The notes: generated by a model from the sequence alone, not told the origin. DNA of 64,000 bases from an uncultured Pseudomonadota bacterium (GCA_963729535.1 CAVSOL010000025.1:1646-65645), one strand, 5' to 3'; positions 1-9,635 are shown, counted from the stretch's first letter. A program made the numbers and translations.

Positions 1-2
1 AG

Positions 3-143
3 GGGCAATACGTCGACGGCGCCAGGTCGACCAACGGCAAGCTGCTCACCACGCTGATCACCGCGGCGGGCGGCCGTAGCAACGGCGGCGCCTACACCTC
101 GTTCGCAAACGCCGGCAGCGTTCTCTCCCCGATCGTGGCGTGA
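3..143 (+). CDS. 3' end of a gene entering from the left edge (partial, unknown function)
   Basis: Open frame from the window edge ending at TGA 141-143 (...GSVLSPIVA*); no domain recognised. Confidence 0.3.
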   Translation, partial: GQYVDGARSTNGKLLTTLITAAGGRSNGGAYTSFANAGSVLSPIVA

Positions 144-171
144 GGCAGCCGCTCACGTCCGTCGAGATGCC

Positions 172-975
172 GTGAAGTCCGAGACGCCGGCCAGAGGTTC
201 CTCGCAGGCGCGACAGGTGCGCATGCGCGCGATCGTCGACGAGTACTTCTATTTCGTCGCGCGCACACTCCAGAAAGCCGGCGTGCCTCAGTCCGAGCTG
301 GACGACGCGATTCAACGCACGTTCATCGCTGTCGCAAACCGGCTCCAGGATCTGCACGTCGGCGCGGAGCGGAACTTCGTGTTTCAGGTCGCCCACAACG
401 TGGCTGCGCATGCACGCCGCAACGTGGCGCGTCGCCGCGAAGTGTACTCTGATGAGCTGATCGACATAGTTCAGGTGCCCACAACGCCCGAACATCTCGC
501 CGAACGCAAGGAGATGCGGAAGCTCGTCAACGACATTGTGGACAGCATGAACGACAACTTACGTTCGGTATTCACGCTCTACGAGCTCGAAGGAATGAGC
601 ATCGTCGAGATCGCCGCGCTCGTCGGCGTTCCCCTCGGTACCGTTGCATCGCGGCTGCGTCGCGCACGGGCGCGTTTCCGGCAGCACCTCGGAGCAATCG
701 AGCTTGCTTTGGATCTCGGAACGGTAGGCTGTGAGCAAATCGATGGGCCGGCTCGGCTACGGCGCGAAGAGACAGGTGCTCTCGGGCGCGCGTTGCTCGA
801 TGCCGGATCGGGCGCGTTCAACTCGGCATCGGCGCGAATCAAGACGCTCGCGGCGCTCGGCGTGTGTGATGCCCCCGCGCGTTCGAACAGGTCTTCACGA
901 CAAACACCGGCTCAGGTTCGTAACCGCGCCAGGCGAAAGACCAGGACCGCCCTGCAGGTCACCTCGCGAAGGTAG
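172..975 (+). CDS. ECF-type sigma-70 factor with about 70-aa C-terminal tail
   Basis: Region 2 (NFVFQVAHNVAAHARR) and region 4 HTH (LYELEGMSIVEIAALVGVPLGTVASRLRRARARF) motifs. Start is GTG 172 or ATG 223. The tail (ALLDAGSGAFNSASARIKTLAALGV) resembles N-termini of myxobacterial anti-sigma factors. Confidence 0.8.
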   Translation: MKSETPARGSSQARQVRMRAIVDEYFYFVARTLQKAGVPQSELDDAIQRTFIAVANRLQDLHVGAERNFVFQVAHNVAAHARRNVARRREVYSDELIDIVQVPTTPEHLAERKEMRKLVNDIVDSMNDNLRSVFTLYELEGMSIVEIAALVGVPLGTVASRLRRARARFRQHLGAIELALDLGTVGCEQIDGPARLRREETGALGRALLDAGSGAFNSASARIKTLAALGVCDAPARSNRSSRQTPAQVRNRARRKTRTALQVTSRR

Positions 976-1064
976 CTCGCGCACCCAGGCGGGGCGGAAG
1001 GAATAACGCGGCGCCTGGCTCACATTTTAGTTCCAATATCCTCGCCCGCCGACAATCCCTAATC

Positions 1065-2651
1065 GTGATCAACTCTGATCGGACGCCTAGCCATATTTCG
1101 CTTCTGGCCGCTGCCTGGCTGTTGGTCGCGGCGCCGGCGCTGGCAGCGCCCGGGCCCGGCATCGGAAACATCGACTGCACCGAGGCCGAGCGGTTCAAGC
1201 CGCTAGCTTTCCTCGAGAACACGCAGGGCGGGCCCACCGGCGCGAACGTCGTGATCATGACCGGCGGCTACTTGATGCTGAACTACGCCAACGACAGCGG
1301 CGGCCCGCCGGGCATTCTCACGTTCTTCGACGTCTCGAACCCGCGCCAGCCCCGCGCCATGCGGCGCATCGACAGCACCGACACCCGTCAGTTCCGTGAA
1401 TCCCACTCGTTTCCGGTCGCGCTGATCGGCGGCAAGCACTACGTCGCGATCCAGACCATCCGCGGCATCCAGTTCTGGGACGTGACCGACGTCGATACCG
1501 CCGCCAAGGTCGGCAACATCGACCTTCCGGGCGTCAATTCCGGCGACTACGAGAATGTCGCGTGGCAGACGTCGTGGCAGGGGCGGTACCTGTTCGTCTC
1601 CGGAGGAAACCTCGGCGTGTTTGTGGTCGACGCCGCGAACCCGGCGCAGCCCAAGCTGGTGAAGACCGTGACGACCGGCGCGACCGGCGGGTTTCGGGTC
1701 GGGCCGCTGTACGCGGTCGGCGACTACCTCGTCTACTCGAACATGGATCAGAACGGCTCGCTCGGTGTGCTCGACATCAGCAAGGCGGACACCCCGACGC
1801 TGCTGACGACCAAGACCGGACTGCCGCGCATGTACGCCTTCATCGTTTCGGGAGATCGCATCTACGGCGCGGGACGCGACGGCGACTTCACGATCCACTC
1901 GTGGGCCGAACGGACCAGGATTACAGACGTGAAGATCGCGCGTATCGAGCAGGATTCGCTGTACGTCGCGACGCTGGACAACTTCGCGTTTTCCGGCCGG
2001 CAGGAGAACTTCGTCAAGATCGATCTCACGGACGAGAGGAATCCGCGCGTGATCGGTGAAGGTACGCTGGGCCGCGACCATCAGGACCACGGTCAGGTCA
2101 CGCCGATGGGAAACCTGATCTTCATCGGCAATGACCACGGCAGCGGCAGCGCGTTCTTTTGCCACCAGACCGGCAAAGACGTGACCGCGCCCACCATCGT
2201 CAATGTGTATCCGGCGGACGGAGCCACCTTTCAACCGGTGACCAGCCGGATCACCATCGCCTTCTCCGACTTCATCGACATGCGCACGGTCAGCTCGACC
2301 ACGATCGCGATCCGACCCGCGGGCGGCTCTCCGCTGTCCGGCATCTACAACCACACGTTCAACACGCTGTCATTCGGGCCGGACCAGCCGCTTGCCGCGA
2401 ACACGACATACGAGATCGTCATCCGCGCGGGCGGCGTCAAGGACGTGATGGGCAACGCCGTCGCGTCGGAGCGCACCGTCCGCTTCTCCACCGGAGGGTC
2501 GATCGTACCGATGCCGGACGCGGGTGTGGACGGCGCGAGCGATGCGAGCGGCTCGGGAGGCGCGGCGGGCGGCGGGGGCAGCGGGGGCCGGGGCGGTGCT
2601 GGTGGCGGGGCCGGCAACGGGGGCAGGGGCGGGCGGCGGCAACGCAGGTAG
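1065..2651 (+). CDS. Secreted LVIVD-repeat beta-propeller protein with SbsA-Ig-like module and Gly-rich tail. The ORF as written stops at 2651, but the coding signal continues to 2930.
   Basis: Signal peptide (LLAAAWLLVAAPALA). Repeated blades (FFDVSNPRQP, GVFVVDAANPAQP, LGVLDISKADTP). Ig-like module (VYPADGATFQPVTSRITIAFSDFID...TTYEIVIRAGGVKDVMGN). The Gly-rich linker continues in frame 1 and a MYXO-CTERM tag lies in frame 0 at 2823-2930. Confidence 0.85.
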   Translation: MINSDRTPSHISLLAAAWLLVAAPALAAPGPGIGNIDCTEAERFKPLAFLENTQGGPTGANVVIMTGGYLMLNYANDSGGPPGILTFFDVSNPRQPRAMRRIDSTDTRQFRESHSFPVALIGGKHYVAIQTIRGIQFWDVTDVDTAAKVGNIDLPGVNSGDYENVAWQTSWQGRYLFVSGGNLGVFVVDAANPAQPKLVKTVTTGATGGFRVGPLYAVGDYLVYSNMDQNGSLGVLDISKADTPTLLTTKTGLPRMYAFIVSGDRIYGAGRDGDFTIHSWAERTRITDVKIARIEQDSLYVATLDNFAFSGRQENFVKIDLTDERNPRVIGEGTLGRDHQDHGQVTPMGNLIFIGNDHGSGSAFFCHQTGKDVTAPTIVNVYPADGATFQPVTSRITIAFSDFIDMRTVSSTTIAIRPAGGSPLSGIYNHTFNTLSFGPDQPLAANTTYEIVIRAGGVKDVMGNAVASERTVRFSTGGSIVPMPDAGVDGASDASGSGGAAGGGGSGGRGGAGGGAGNGGRGGRRQRR

Positions 2652-2926
2652 CGCTGGCAACGCGGCGACCGGCGGCAACGGGGCCACCGGCGGCAACGGG
2701 GCCAGCGGCGGCGTCGGTGTGGCTGGCGCAGCGGGCGCCGGAGCGGCCGGCCGGGGTGGCAGCGGCGGCGCAACGGCCAGCGACGGCGGCGCAAACAATG
2801 ACGGCCCTGGTGGGGGGGCGATGGATCCACGGGTTGCGGCTGCAGCACTGGGGCCGGCGGCACGACGAGCGGGAGCATGTTCTCGCTCCTGTTCGTGCTC
2901 GGGTTGCTCTGGCGACGGCGGCGGCG

Positions 2927-5224
2927 GTGATCCGCGGCTCGCGAGCGCTCGCTACCGCGCTCCTGGCAGCGATCACGACCGCCGCGGTCCCGGCGCGCGC
3001 GGTCACCGTCGAGGTCGACGCCAACCCGGCGGCGGAGGTCGGGCGCGCGGTGACGTTTTCAGCGCGCGCCACCGGCAGCGGTGCGATCACCTACAGCTGG
3101 AACTTCGGTGACGGCACGACCACCGAGGCGAGCGCCGAGGCATCGGCGTCGCACGTGTACGCGGCGCCCGGACACTACGCGGTGATCGTGATCGCCCGCG
3201 ATGAGACCGGTCCGCGCAGCGCCAGCTTCCTGCAGACGATCCACCGGCCGACCACGGCCATGAGCCCGACGGCTTCGAGCACGATCGTCCACGATGCTGC
3301 GCGACATCGCGTCTGCAACGTCAACGCCGACAACGACAGCGTGAGCTGCATCGACACCGAGCGCCTCGAGCGCACGTTCGAAGCGCCGGCCGGCGCTCAC
3401 CCGCGTACGCTGGCGATCGTCGCCGACGGATCGATCTGGGTGGCCAACCAGGACGACGGGACGATCAGCGTGCTCGACGCGAACGGGGGTCCGCAGCGAA
3501 CGATCAAGCTCGGCGTCGCCGCGGCGCCGTTCGGCGTCGTGACGAATCCAGCTCGCGACAGGGTGTTCGTGACGTTGCAGGGTCCGGGCGAGGTCGTCGC
3601 GTTCGACGCCGCCAGCGGCCAGGAGGTCGCGCGCGGCAAGGCCGGAAACCTGCCCGCCGGCATCGCCGTCAGCGCGGACGGCAGCCGCGTGCTCGTCACG
3701 ACCTTCATCTCGCCGCAAGATCATGGCGAGGTCCACGAGCTCGACGGCAGCACGCTGGCCAGCGTCCGCGTTCACGCGCTGGCGCTCGACCCCGGACCGG
3801 ACGGGGAAGGGGGCAGCCGCGGTGTGCCGAACTACCTGCGACAGGTGGTGATCTCACCGGACGGCGCGAGCGCGATCGTGCCCTCGAAGAAGGACAACGT
3901 GTTGCGCGGCGGCGCCCGCGACGGCTTGGCCCTGACGTTCGAGACCTCGGTGCGCACGATCGTGTCGCGGCTCGATCTCACGAACAACGTCGAGCTTCTG
4001 GACCAACGCATGGACTTCAACAACCGTGCGCTCGGCCTCGCCGCGGCGTACAGCCCGCTCGGCGACTACTTCTTCGTGGCGATGCTCGGCAGCGGCGGCA
4101 TCTCCATGATCGACACCTACAACGGCAACTCGGTGGGTGGCCTGCTGAAGGTCGCGCTCGCGCCGGACGGCGTCGCGATCGACGGCGCCGGACGGCTGTT
4201 CGTACACGCGTTCCTGTCGCGCAAGGTCATCGTGATCGACGCCGCCGCGGCGCTGGCCGGCACCGCGTTCGATCTACCCACGGTCACCGAGATCGCCACC
4301 ATCGGCACCGAGAAGCTCGCGCCGGCGGTACTTTCGGGGAAGAAGATCTTCTACGACGCTTCGGATCCGCGGATGACGCAACACGGGTACATCAGCTGCG
4401 CAAGCTGTCACCTCGACGGCTTCGAGGACGGGCGGGTCTGGGACTTCACCGATCGTGGCGAGGGGCTGCGCAACACCACGAGCCTGCTGGGCAAGCGCGG
4501 CATCGGCCAGGGGCGCCTGCACTGGTCCGCAAACTTCGACGAGGTTCAGGACTTCGAGCACGACATTCGCAACGCCTTCAACGGCACCGGCTTCATGACC
4601 GACGCCGACTTCATGACGGGCACCCGGAACACCACGCTCGGCGACAGCAAGGCTGGCGTGTCGCGCGAGCTCGACGATCTGTCCGAGTACGTGACGTCGC
4701 TCGACCGCGTCCGCCCGAGCCCGTTCCGCGCCACGGACGGCGGGCTGACCGCGGACGGCCGGGCTGGCCGCGAAATCTTCGCCCGCGCCGGCTGCGCCGA
4801 GTGCCACAGTGGCCCCGACCTCACCGACAGCAACGCGGGCCTGTTGCACGACGTCGGAACGTTGCGGCCGACGTCGGGCAAACGTCTGAACGGCGCGCTG
4901 GACGGCATCGACACGCCGACCCTGCGCGGGGTCTGGGCCACGGCGCCGTACCTTCACGACGGCTCTGCCGCGACCCTGCTCGATGTCATCAGCGCTCGAA
5001 ATCTCGACGATCGCCACGGGCGAACCAGCGCGCTCAGCGACAGCGAGCGAAGCTCCCTGGTGTCGTACCTGCTCCAGCTCGACAACAGCGAGGACGAACG
5101 CGAAGCCGGCGGCTGCGGCTGCCGGGCTGCCGGGTCGCCGCGCGGTTCGACGGATGGGGTTCTCGTCCTGCTGCTCGGCTTTGGCTTGGCGCGAGCGAGG
5201 CGTGGCCGGCGGCGCGCCCTGTAG
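2927..5224 (+). CDS. PKD / beta-propeller / di-haem cytochrome c peroxidase-like protein with MYXO-CTERM tag
   Basis: GTG 2927 overlaps TGA 2928-2930 that closes the upstream MYXO-CTERM frame. PKD motif (ITYSWNFGDGTT...HVYAAPGHYAV). Propeller-type repeats. Two CxxCH sites (CASCH, CAECH) in CCP/MauG-like context. C-terminal GGCGC followed by a hydrophobic stretch and RRGRRR. Confidence 0.85.
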   Translation: MIRGSRALATALLAAITTAAVPARAVTVEVDANPAAEVGRAVTFSARATGSGAITYSWNFGDGTTTEASAEASASHVYAAPGHYAVIVIARDETGPRSASFLQTIHRPTTAMSPTASSTIVHDAARHRVCNVNADNDSVSCIDTERLERTFEAPAGAHPRTLAIVADGSIWVANQDDGTISVLDANGGPQRTIKLGVAAAPFGVVTNPARDRVFVTLQGPGEVVAFDAASGQEVARGKAGNLPAGIAVSADGSRVLVTTFISPQDHGEVHELDGSTLASVRVHALALDPGPDGEGGSRGVPNYLRQVVISPDGASAIVPSKKDNVLRGGARDGLALTFETSVRTIVSRLDLTNNVELLDQRMDFNNRALGLAAAYSPLGDYFFVAMLGSGGISMIDTYNGNSVGGLLKVALAPDGVAIDGAGRLFVHAFLSRKVIVIDAAAALAGTAFDLPTVTEIATIGTEKLAPAVLSGKKIFYDASDPRMTQHGYISCASCHLDGFEDGRVWDFTDRGEGLRNTTSLLGKRGIGQGRLHWSANFDEVQDFEHDIRNAFNGTGFMTDADFMTGTRNTTLGDSKAGVSRELDDLSEYVTSLDRVRPSPFRATDGGLTADGRAGREIFARAGCAECHSGPDLTDSNAGLLHDVGTLRPTSGKRLNGALDGIDTPTLRGVWATAPYLHDGSAATLLDVISARNLDDRHGRTSALSDSERSSLVSYLLQLDNSEDEREAGGCGCRAAGSPRGSTDGVLVLLLGFGLARARRGRRRAL

Positions 5225-5256
5225 GCGGTCGACCGCATCGTTCGGGTATAACTGGA

Positions 5257-5271
5257 GGCCCGCTTCGGGCC
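5257..5271 (+). terminator. Small GC hairpin after the peroxidase-like gene
   Basis: GGCCCG-CTT-CGGGCC, 33 nt after stop 5224; no U tract. Confidence 0.3.
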
Positions 5272-5339
5272 GATCGTGGCGGCGTATTCCCCCAATCGCC
5301 AGTGCGGCAACTTCAGTGCGGCAACTTCCGGAGGCAGCA

Positions 5340-6677
5340 ATGACAGCATCGCTTACACGAGCCTCGACCGTCGTCGTCCCGTGTGCATTCGTCGCGGTCG
5401 CGGCGCTGTGCGCCACGCTGGGCGCGCTCGGGTGCGGGTCGTCCGGAACGGCCGACGCTCCCGACGCTCCCGGGACGGCCGGAACGACGGGAAGTGTGGG
5501 TACCGCCGGGACCGGCGCAGGGGGGACGGGCGTGGCCGGCGCGTCGGGCGCCGCCGGGACGGCCGGTGTGGCCGGGACGACCGGCGCGGCCGGTACGACA
5601 GGAGCGGCGGGCACGACCGGCACGGCGGGCTCCCCCGGTGGGCGCGGTGGCACGACCGGCGCGGCGGGCGCCGGTGGGTCGCTGGGTGGCCGCGGCGGCA
5701 CCACCGGCGTCGCGGGCGCGGGCGGCTCCAGCGGCGGTCGCGGCGGGACGACCGGTGGCGTGGGCGGCACGACCGGTACGGGCGGGTCCGGGCAGGCGCG
5801 CGTCTTCAGTCAGTGCCGGTTCCACTTCGGGGCGATCGATACCATCGCCAAGCAAAACGGCGGCGCGCTGATCCCGCAGCTCGACATGTTCACCTCGGGC
5901 TGGATCGGGTCGGGCGAGAACTTCAACCTGGGTGGCGTCTGCACGGATCTGAACGGCGCGCTGTCGGGCAAGGTGCCGGCCCTCGTCGCGTACATCATCG
6001 CCTTCACTGCGCGGCGCGACGAGAACCTGCAGGACTGCAACGTCAGCGGCAGCAACAACCTGTGCAATCACGGCGCGACGTACATCCGGGCGCACCTCGA
6101 GGACCGCATCCTCCCGCAATATCGTAAGTACGCGATGGGATTCGCCAGCGCCTGCGGCACGACGCGCCCGATGATCTGGATGATGGAGCCCGACTACTAC
6201 CAGTACAACGCGGGCGGCGATCCGAACTCCCTGACGCCGCAGGAGGCGGGGCAGATCATGGGGCGCATCGTCTCCACCGTGCGGGCGATCCTGCCCAATG
6301 TCGTCTTCTCGCTGGACATCTCGCCATGGATCCCGGACAACGGCTCGAACTGGTACTCGAGCTTCAACATGGCGGACTTCACCTTCATCAGCACCTCGGG
6401 TGGCGGAACGGACGCGAACAACGCGCGCATTCGCCCGGCCAACACGATGACCTGGGCCGGCGTGCGGAGTGTGACCGGCAAGCCGATCCTCGCCGACACG
6501 GGCTACGGCGCCGCCGGTCAGTCGGCTGGACACGATGCCCAGTGGGACATCGTTAGCAATATCAACGCCCGCATCACGGACGGCGTCATCTCGATCACCC
6601 AGTACAACCCGAATTCGAGCTGGACGAACACCATCTCGCAGATCCGCTCCCAGCTCAGCGCGGTGAACTGCTACTAG
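5340..6677 (+). CDS. Lipoprotein with long Gly/Thr/Ala linker and a C-terminal globular domain, possibly glycoside-hydrolase-like (function uncertain)
   Basis: GGAGG 5330-5334 then ATG 5340. Lipobox LGALGC. About 150 aa of GTxG-type linker. About 280-aa domain with acidic motif MIWMMEPDYYQY. Confidence 0.8.
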   Translation: MTASLTRASTVVVPCAFVAVAALCATLGALGCGSSGTADAPDAPGTAGTTGSVGTAGTGAGGTGVAGASGAAGTAGVAGTTGAAGTTGAAGTTGTAGSPGGRGGTTGAAGAGGSLGGRGGTTGVAGAGGSSGGRGGTTGGVGGTTGTGGSGQARVFSQCRFHFGAIDTIAKQNGGALIPQLDMFTSGWIGSGENFNLGGVCTDLNGALSGKVPALVAYIIAFTARRDENLQDCNVSGSNNLCNHGATYIRAHLEDRILPQYRKYAMGFASACGTTRPMIWMMEPDYYQYNAGGDPNSLTPQEAGQIMGRIVSTVRAILPNVVFSLDISPWIPDNGSNWYSSFNMADFTFISTSGGGTDANNARIRPANTMTWAGVRSVTGKPILADTGYGAAGQSAGHDAQWDIVSNINARITDGVISITQYNPNSSWTNTISQIRSQLSAVNCY

Positions 6678-6694
6678 CCGCACCGCTTAGACGC

Positions 6695-7765
6695 GTGTGC
6701 GGTTGTCTCGAGATGTGCGCTGGTCCGCCGAACGTCAGCCGCGCGGCCCGGTGGCGATTCCTGATCGGCGCGTTCGTCGTCGCGCTGGGCGCGCTGGCAT
6801 GTCGAGCGAAGACTGCGCCGGGCCCGGCGGCGGGCTCCCGACTGGTGAGCGATGCCTCCTCGCACGACTTCGGACGCGTCGTGGAAGGCGACGGGCTGAA
6901 ACACGTCTTCACGCTCACCAACGCCGGCGCGTCTCCCGCGCACGTGACGCGTGTGGAACGCTCCCCGAGCTGCGTCGCGGGAACGGTCCCGTCGTCGATT
7001 GCCCCGGGCGCGTCCGCGGGCGTCGAGATCGACTGTGCCAGCCGGGGCCGGACCGGCAAGCTCGCTGACTTCGTGGCCGTCTATTCCGACGATCCGACAG
7101 GCCCGCTTCGCCTGCAGCTGCGCGCGACCATCGAACCCCGCCTGGCCTTCGAGACGAACATGATCGAGATGGAGGTGACGGCCGGCGAGCGGCAAACGCG
7201 CGAGATACGGTTGGTGGGGCCGCTGGCGACGCGCGCGCGGATTGCGGTGAAGTCGATCGACGCCGGTGGTCCCGCCGCCGCGATCCTGCCGGCGCAAGGC
7301 GAGCGGCCGGGGGGCCTGGCGCTGACGCTGGTCGGCGACAACGTCCGGGTGAGCGTCGGTCGCGTCCTGGTGTCGACGGGTCTCGCCGAGCCGGCGGAGG
7401 TGGGCTTGCCCTACACAATGAAGGTCACCGGCAACGTCCGCGTGTCGCCGACGAACCCCACCTTCAACCTGCGCGATCCCGACGGGCGATTCGAGATTCT
7501 CACCGTCACGAGCGCGCGCGCGGACTTTCGCCTGCTGGCTGCCGATGTCGTCGAAGGCCCGTTCGCGGCCGTCATCGAGCGCGGGGAGGGCGCGGGCGGC
7601 GGTTACGCGGTTCGCGTATCGGTCGTCACGGCGCGCGTCGCCCCGGGGGAACACGGCGTCACGGGCAAGCTGATGCTGGTCAGCAACGATCCGGCCGAGC
7701 CGCGCAAGGAGATCCCGCTGTTCGGCATGGGCGCGCTCACGCCGCTCGCGCCCCTACCACGATGA
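6695..7765 (+). CDS. DUF1573 (ASH/HYDIN-like) domain lipoprotein
   Basis: Lipobox LGALAC. DUF1573 signature (HDFGRVVEGDGLKHVFTLTNAGASPAHVTRVERSPSC). Start GTG 6695 or ATG 6713. Confidence 0.8.
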   Translation: MCGCLEMCAGPPNVSRAARWRFLIGAFVVALGALACRAKTAPGPAAGSRLVSDASSHDFGRVVEGDGLKHVFTLTNAGASPAHVTRVERSPSCVAGTVPSSIAPGASAGVEIDCASRGRTGKLADFVAVYSDDPTGPLRLQLRATIEPRLAFETNMIEMEVTAGERQTREIRLVGPLATRARIAVKSIDAGGPAAAILPAQGERPGGLALTLVGDNVRVSVGRVLVSTGLAEPAEVGLPYTMKVTGNVRVSPTNPTFNLRDPDGRFEILTVTSARADFRLLAADVVEGPFAAVIERGEGAGGGYAVRVSVVTARVAPGEHGVTGKLMLVSNDPAEPRKEIPLFGMGALTPLAPLPR

Positions 7766-7774
7766 TCGTCGGAA

Positions 7775-8263
7775 CTACCTCAAAGGCGTCTGCGAGCCGT
7801 CGTCCGTGAAGGGCGCGCACACCGGACGGTCATCGGCGTCGAACGTGGCCCAGTACCTGACAAGCATAGACTGCTCCGACGAGGTCACGGTGAAATCGTC
7901 GCGCTTTCCGGAGTCGAAGAAGGGCTCGTCGTAGACCTTCTCGACCACCTCCTGACCTTTGTCGGTGACCTCCACGACGACGGTGTCGTCGACCGCCGTC
8001 TCGCTCACCACGAACGGTAACTCGCTGGCGCTCCACCCGCCACCTGAAGAGCTGCCGGGGCCTCCCGGGTTGAGCTGGTAGGTGACGCAGCCGCTGCCCA
8101 ACGGTGTCATCGACGGGGACGCGAAGAGTCGGTGGTTCAGGGCGACTGCCAGGGGCGGGACGATTGCGGGCTGTTCCCCCACCAGGGTGTTGCCGGAGCA
8201 CGCTACCAAGACCAAAGGCATCCAGCCGATTGCAACGAACCTCAGACGTCTCTGAATCGACAT
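7775..8263 (-). CDS. Small lipoprotein, last gene of the ECF operon
   Basis: GGAGGAG RBS then ATG 8263; signal MSIQRRLRFVAIGWMPLVLVAC; 43 nt downstream of the anti-sigma gene. Confidence 0.7.
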   Translation of the reverse strand: MSIQRRLRFVAIGWMPLVLVACSGNTLVGEQPAIVPPLAVALNHRLFASPSMTPLGSGCVTYQLNPGGPGSSSGGGWSASELPFVVSETAVDDTVVVEVTDKGQEVVEKVYDEPFFDSGKRDDFTVTSSEQSMLVRYWATFDADDRPVCAPFTDDGSQTPLR

Positions 8264-8306
8264 GCTGTCTCCTCCTGCCGCTCCTGTGTCGCGCGGCCCT
8301 GCGAAA

Positions 8307-9635
8307 TTACGGCGCCCCGTCCGATTTCCGCAGCAACGCTCGGGCCTGGTCAGCAAAGGGCCGTCCTGGAAACACGCGGACGTAGAGGTCCAGATCCGCT
8401 CGGGCCGCGCTCAACCCGCTCGCGGCGAACAGACAAGCGCCCCGGCCACGCAGCGCCCGTTCATCCTCGTCGTCGTGAGGGAAGGTGGACAACACCGATT
8501 GGAAATCGGCGATGGCTTCAGCGCAGCGGTTCTGATCGGCGCGCAACTCGCCCCGCGCGACGTGCAAGCGACGATTGAAGGCGGGGGCACCTGTCGGTAG
8601 CAAGTCGAGCACGCGCAGCGCCTGTTTCTTGTCTCCCACCGCCAGCAAGGCTTCAGCGCGCAGGGTTGCCCACTCGGTCTGAAGCTCTGCGCGAGGGAAG
8701 CGCGCCCCGGCCTGATCCAGCAGTCGCAGCGCGCCGCGAGGATCGGCGTGCCGCCTGAGCGCCGTGACGGCCGCCTCCAGCGCCGCCGTTTCGGTGGCCG
8801 CCGTTGACACAACATCAACTTCTGGAATGCCCGGTCGCAAGGCGGGGACAAACGCCGACGGCTCGGCGGCCGGGGCGTGCGCGGCGGGCGCCTCTGCCCC
8901 CGTGTCTGGCGGATCCTCGGAGGACTGCAAAGGCCGGCGGCGCGGCGGGCGCTGCGCCGGCAACTTGGACGCAGGTACGTCCGCGGGCATTGCCGCCGCT
9001 TGAGCGGCCTCCATCGCGGGCTCGCTGGGTGACGGCGGCGCGGTCGACCACGCAGTGGCTTCGCCAGTGATCTGCCGTCCGAGCATTTGCACGCGCGGCG
9101 CCTGCGCCTCGTCCATCTCGACACGCGCTGACCCGCCAGCCGCCACATGCACTTGGCGCGCGCCCGCCCAGACGGCGACAGGTCCCCCCTCCGCCGTGAG
9201 CACGAGCGTCCCGGCGCTGAGGCGGATGATATCGGCGTCGCCTGCCGCCACGGATGCCCCGCCCGGGCCCAGGAGGGTGCCGCGCCACCGTCCCCGTCGA
9301 CCCATGCGCAGCGTCGACCCGGCGGGCACCTCGAGCACGTCATCCGGACCGCGAACTGACGCCGGCTTCCGCGACTGCGGCCACCAGCCCGTCGTCACGG
9401 CCCCGGCGGTCAAGGTCATCCCGAAGAGCACCCAGGCTGCTGCCCAAGCCGCACTTCGTCGCGTCCACCGAACCCTCGACGACCTCACCTGGTGCCGCGC
9501 GTATGTCGCCGAGAGCTCCCGTGGATCCAGGGTCTTGGCCAGCCGCAGACGTTCACCGGCGCGAGCTTCGGGCAGATCTCCACGTGGGTTAGAGGTCCAC
9601 CTCGGCGGATCGTCTGACAGAGGTGTAACTTTCAA
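8307..9635 (-). CDS. Anti-sigma factor: single TM, FecR-like domain, C-terminal TPR-like region
   Basis: TTG 9635 overlaps the sigma stop (TTGA). TM segment AAWAAAWVLFGMTLTAGAV. FecR-like strands (LEVPAGSTLRMG...IIRLSAGTLVLTAEGGPVAVWAG). Helical repeats at the C-terminus. Confidence 0.75.
   Translation of the reverse strand: MKVTPLSDDPPRWTSNPRGDLPEARAGERLRLAKTLDPRELSATYARHQVRSSRVRWTRRSAAWAAAWVLFGMTLTAGAVTTGWWPQSRKPASVRGPDDVLEVPAGSTLRMGRRGRWRGTLLGPGGASVAAGDADIIRLSAGTLVLTAEGGPVAVWAGARQVHVAAGGSARVEMDEAQAPRVQMLGRQITGEATAWSTAPPSPSEPAMEAAQAAAMPADVPASKLPAQRPPRRRPLQSSEDPPDTGAEAPAAHAPAAEPSAFVPALRPGIPEVDVVSTAATETAALEAAVTALRRHADPRGALRLLDQAGARFPRAELQTEWATLRAEALLAVGDKKQALRVLDLLPTGAPAFNRRLHVARGELRADQNRCAEAIADFQSVLSTFPHDDEDERALRGRGACLFAASGLSAARADLDLYVRVFPGRPFADQARALLRKSDGAP

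Noticed and set aside
2159-2926. N-terminal 256 aa of the 1021-aa ORF 2159-5224
   Set aside because: The translation is Arg-rich and overlaps the LVIVD gene in another frame. A signal-peptide-like start follows GTG 2927, which overlaps the upstream stop.
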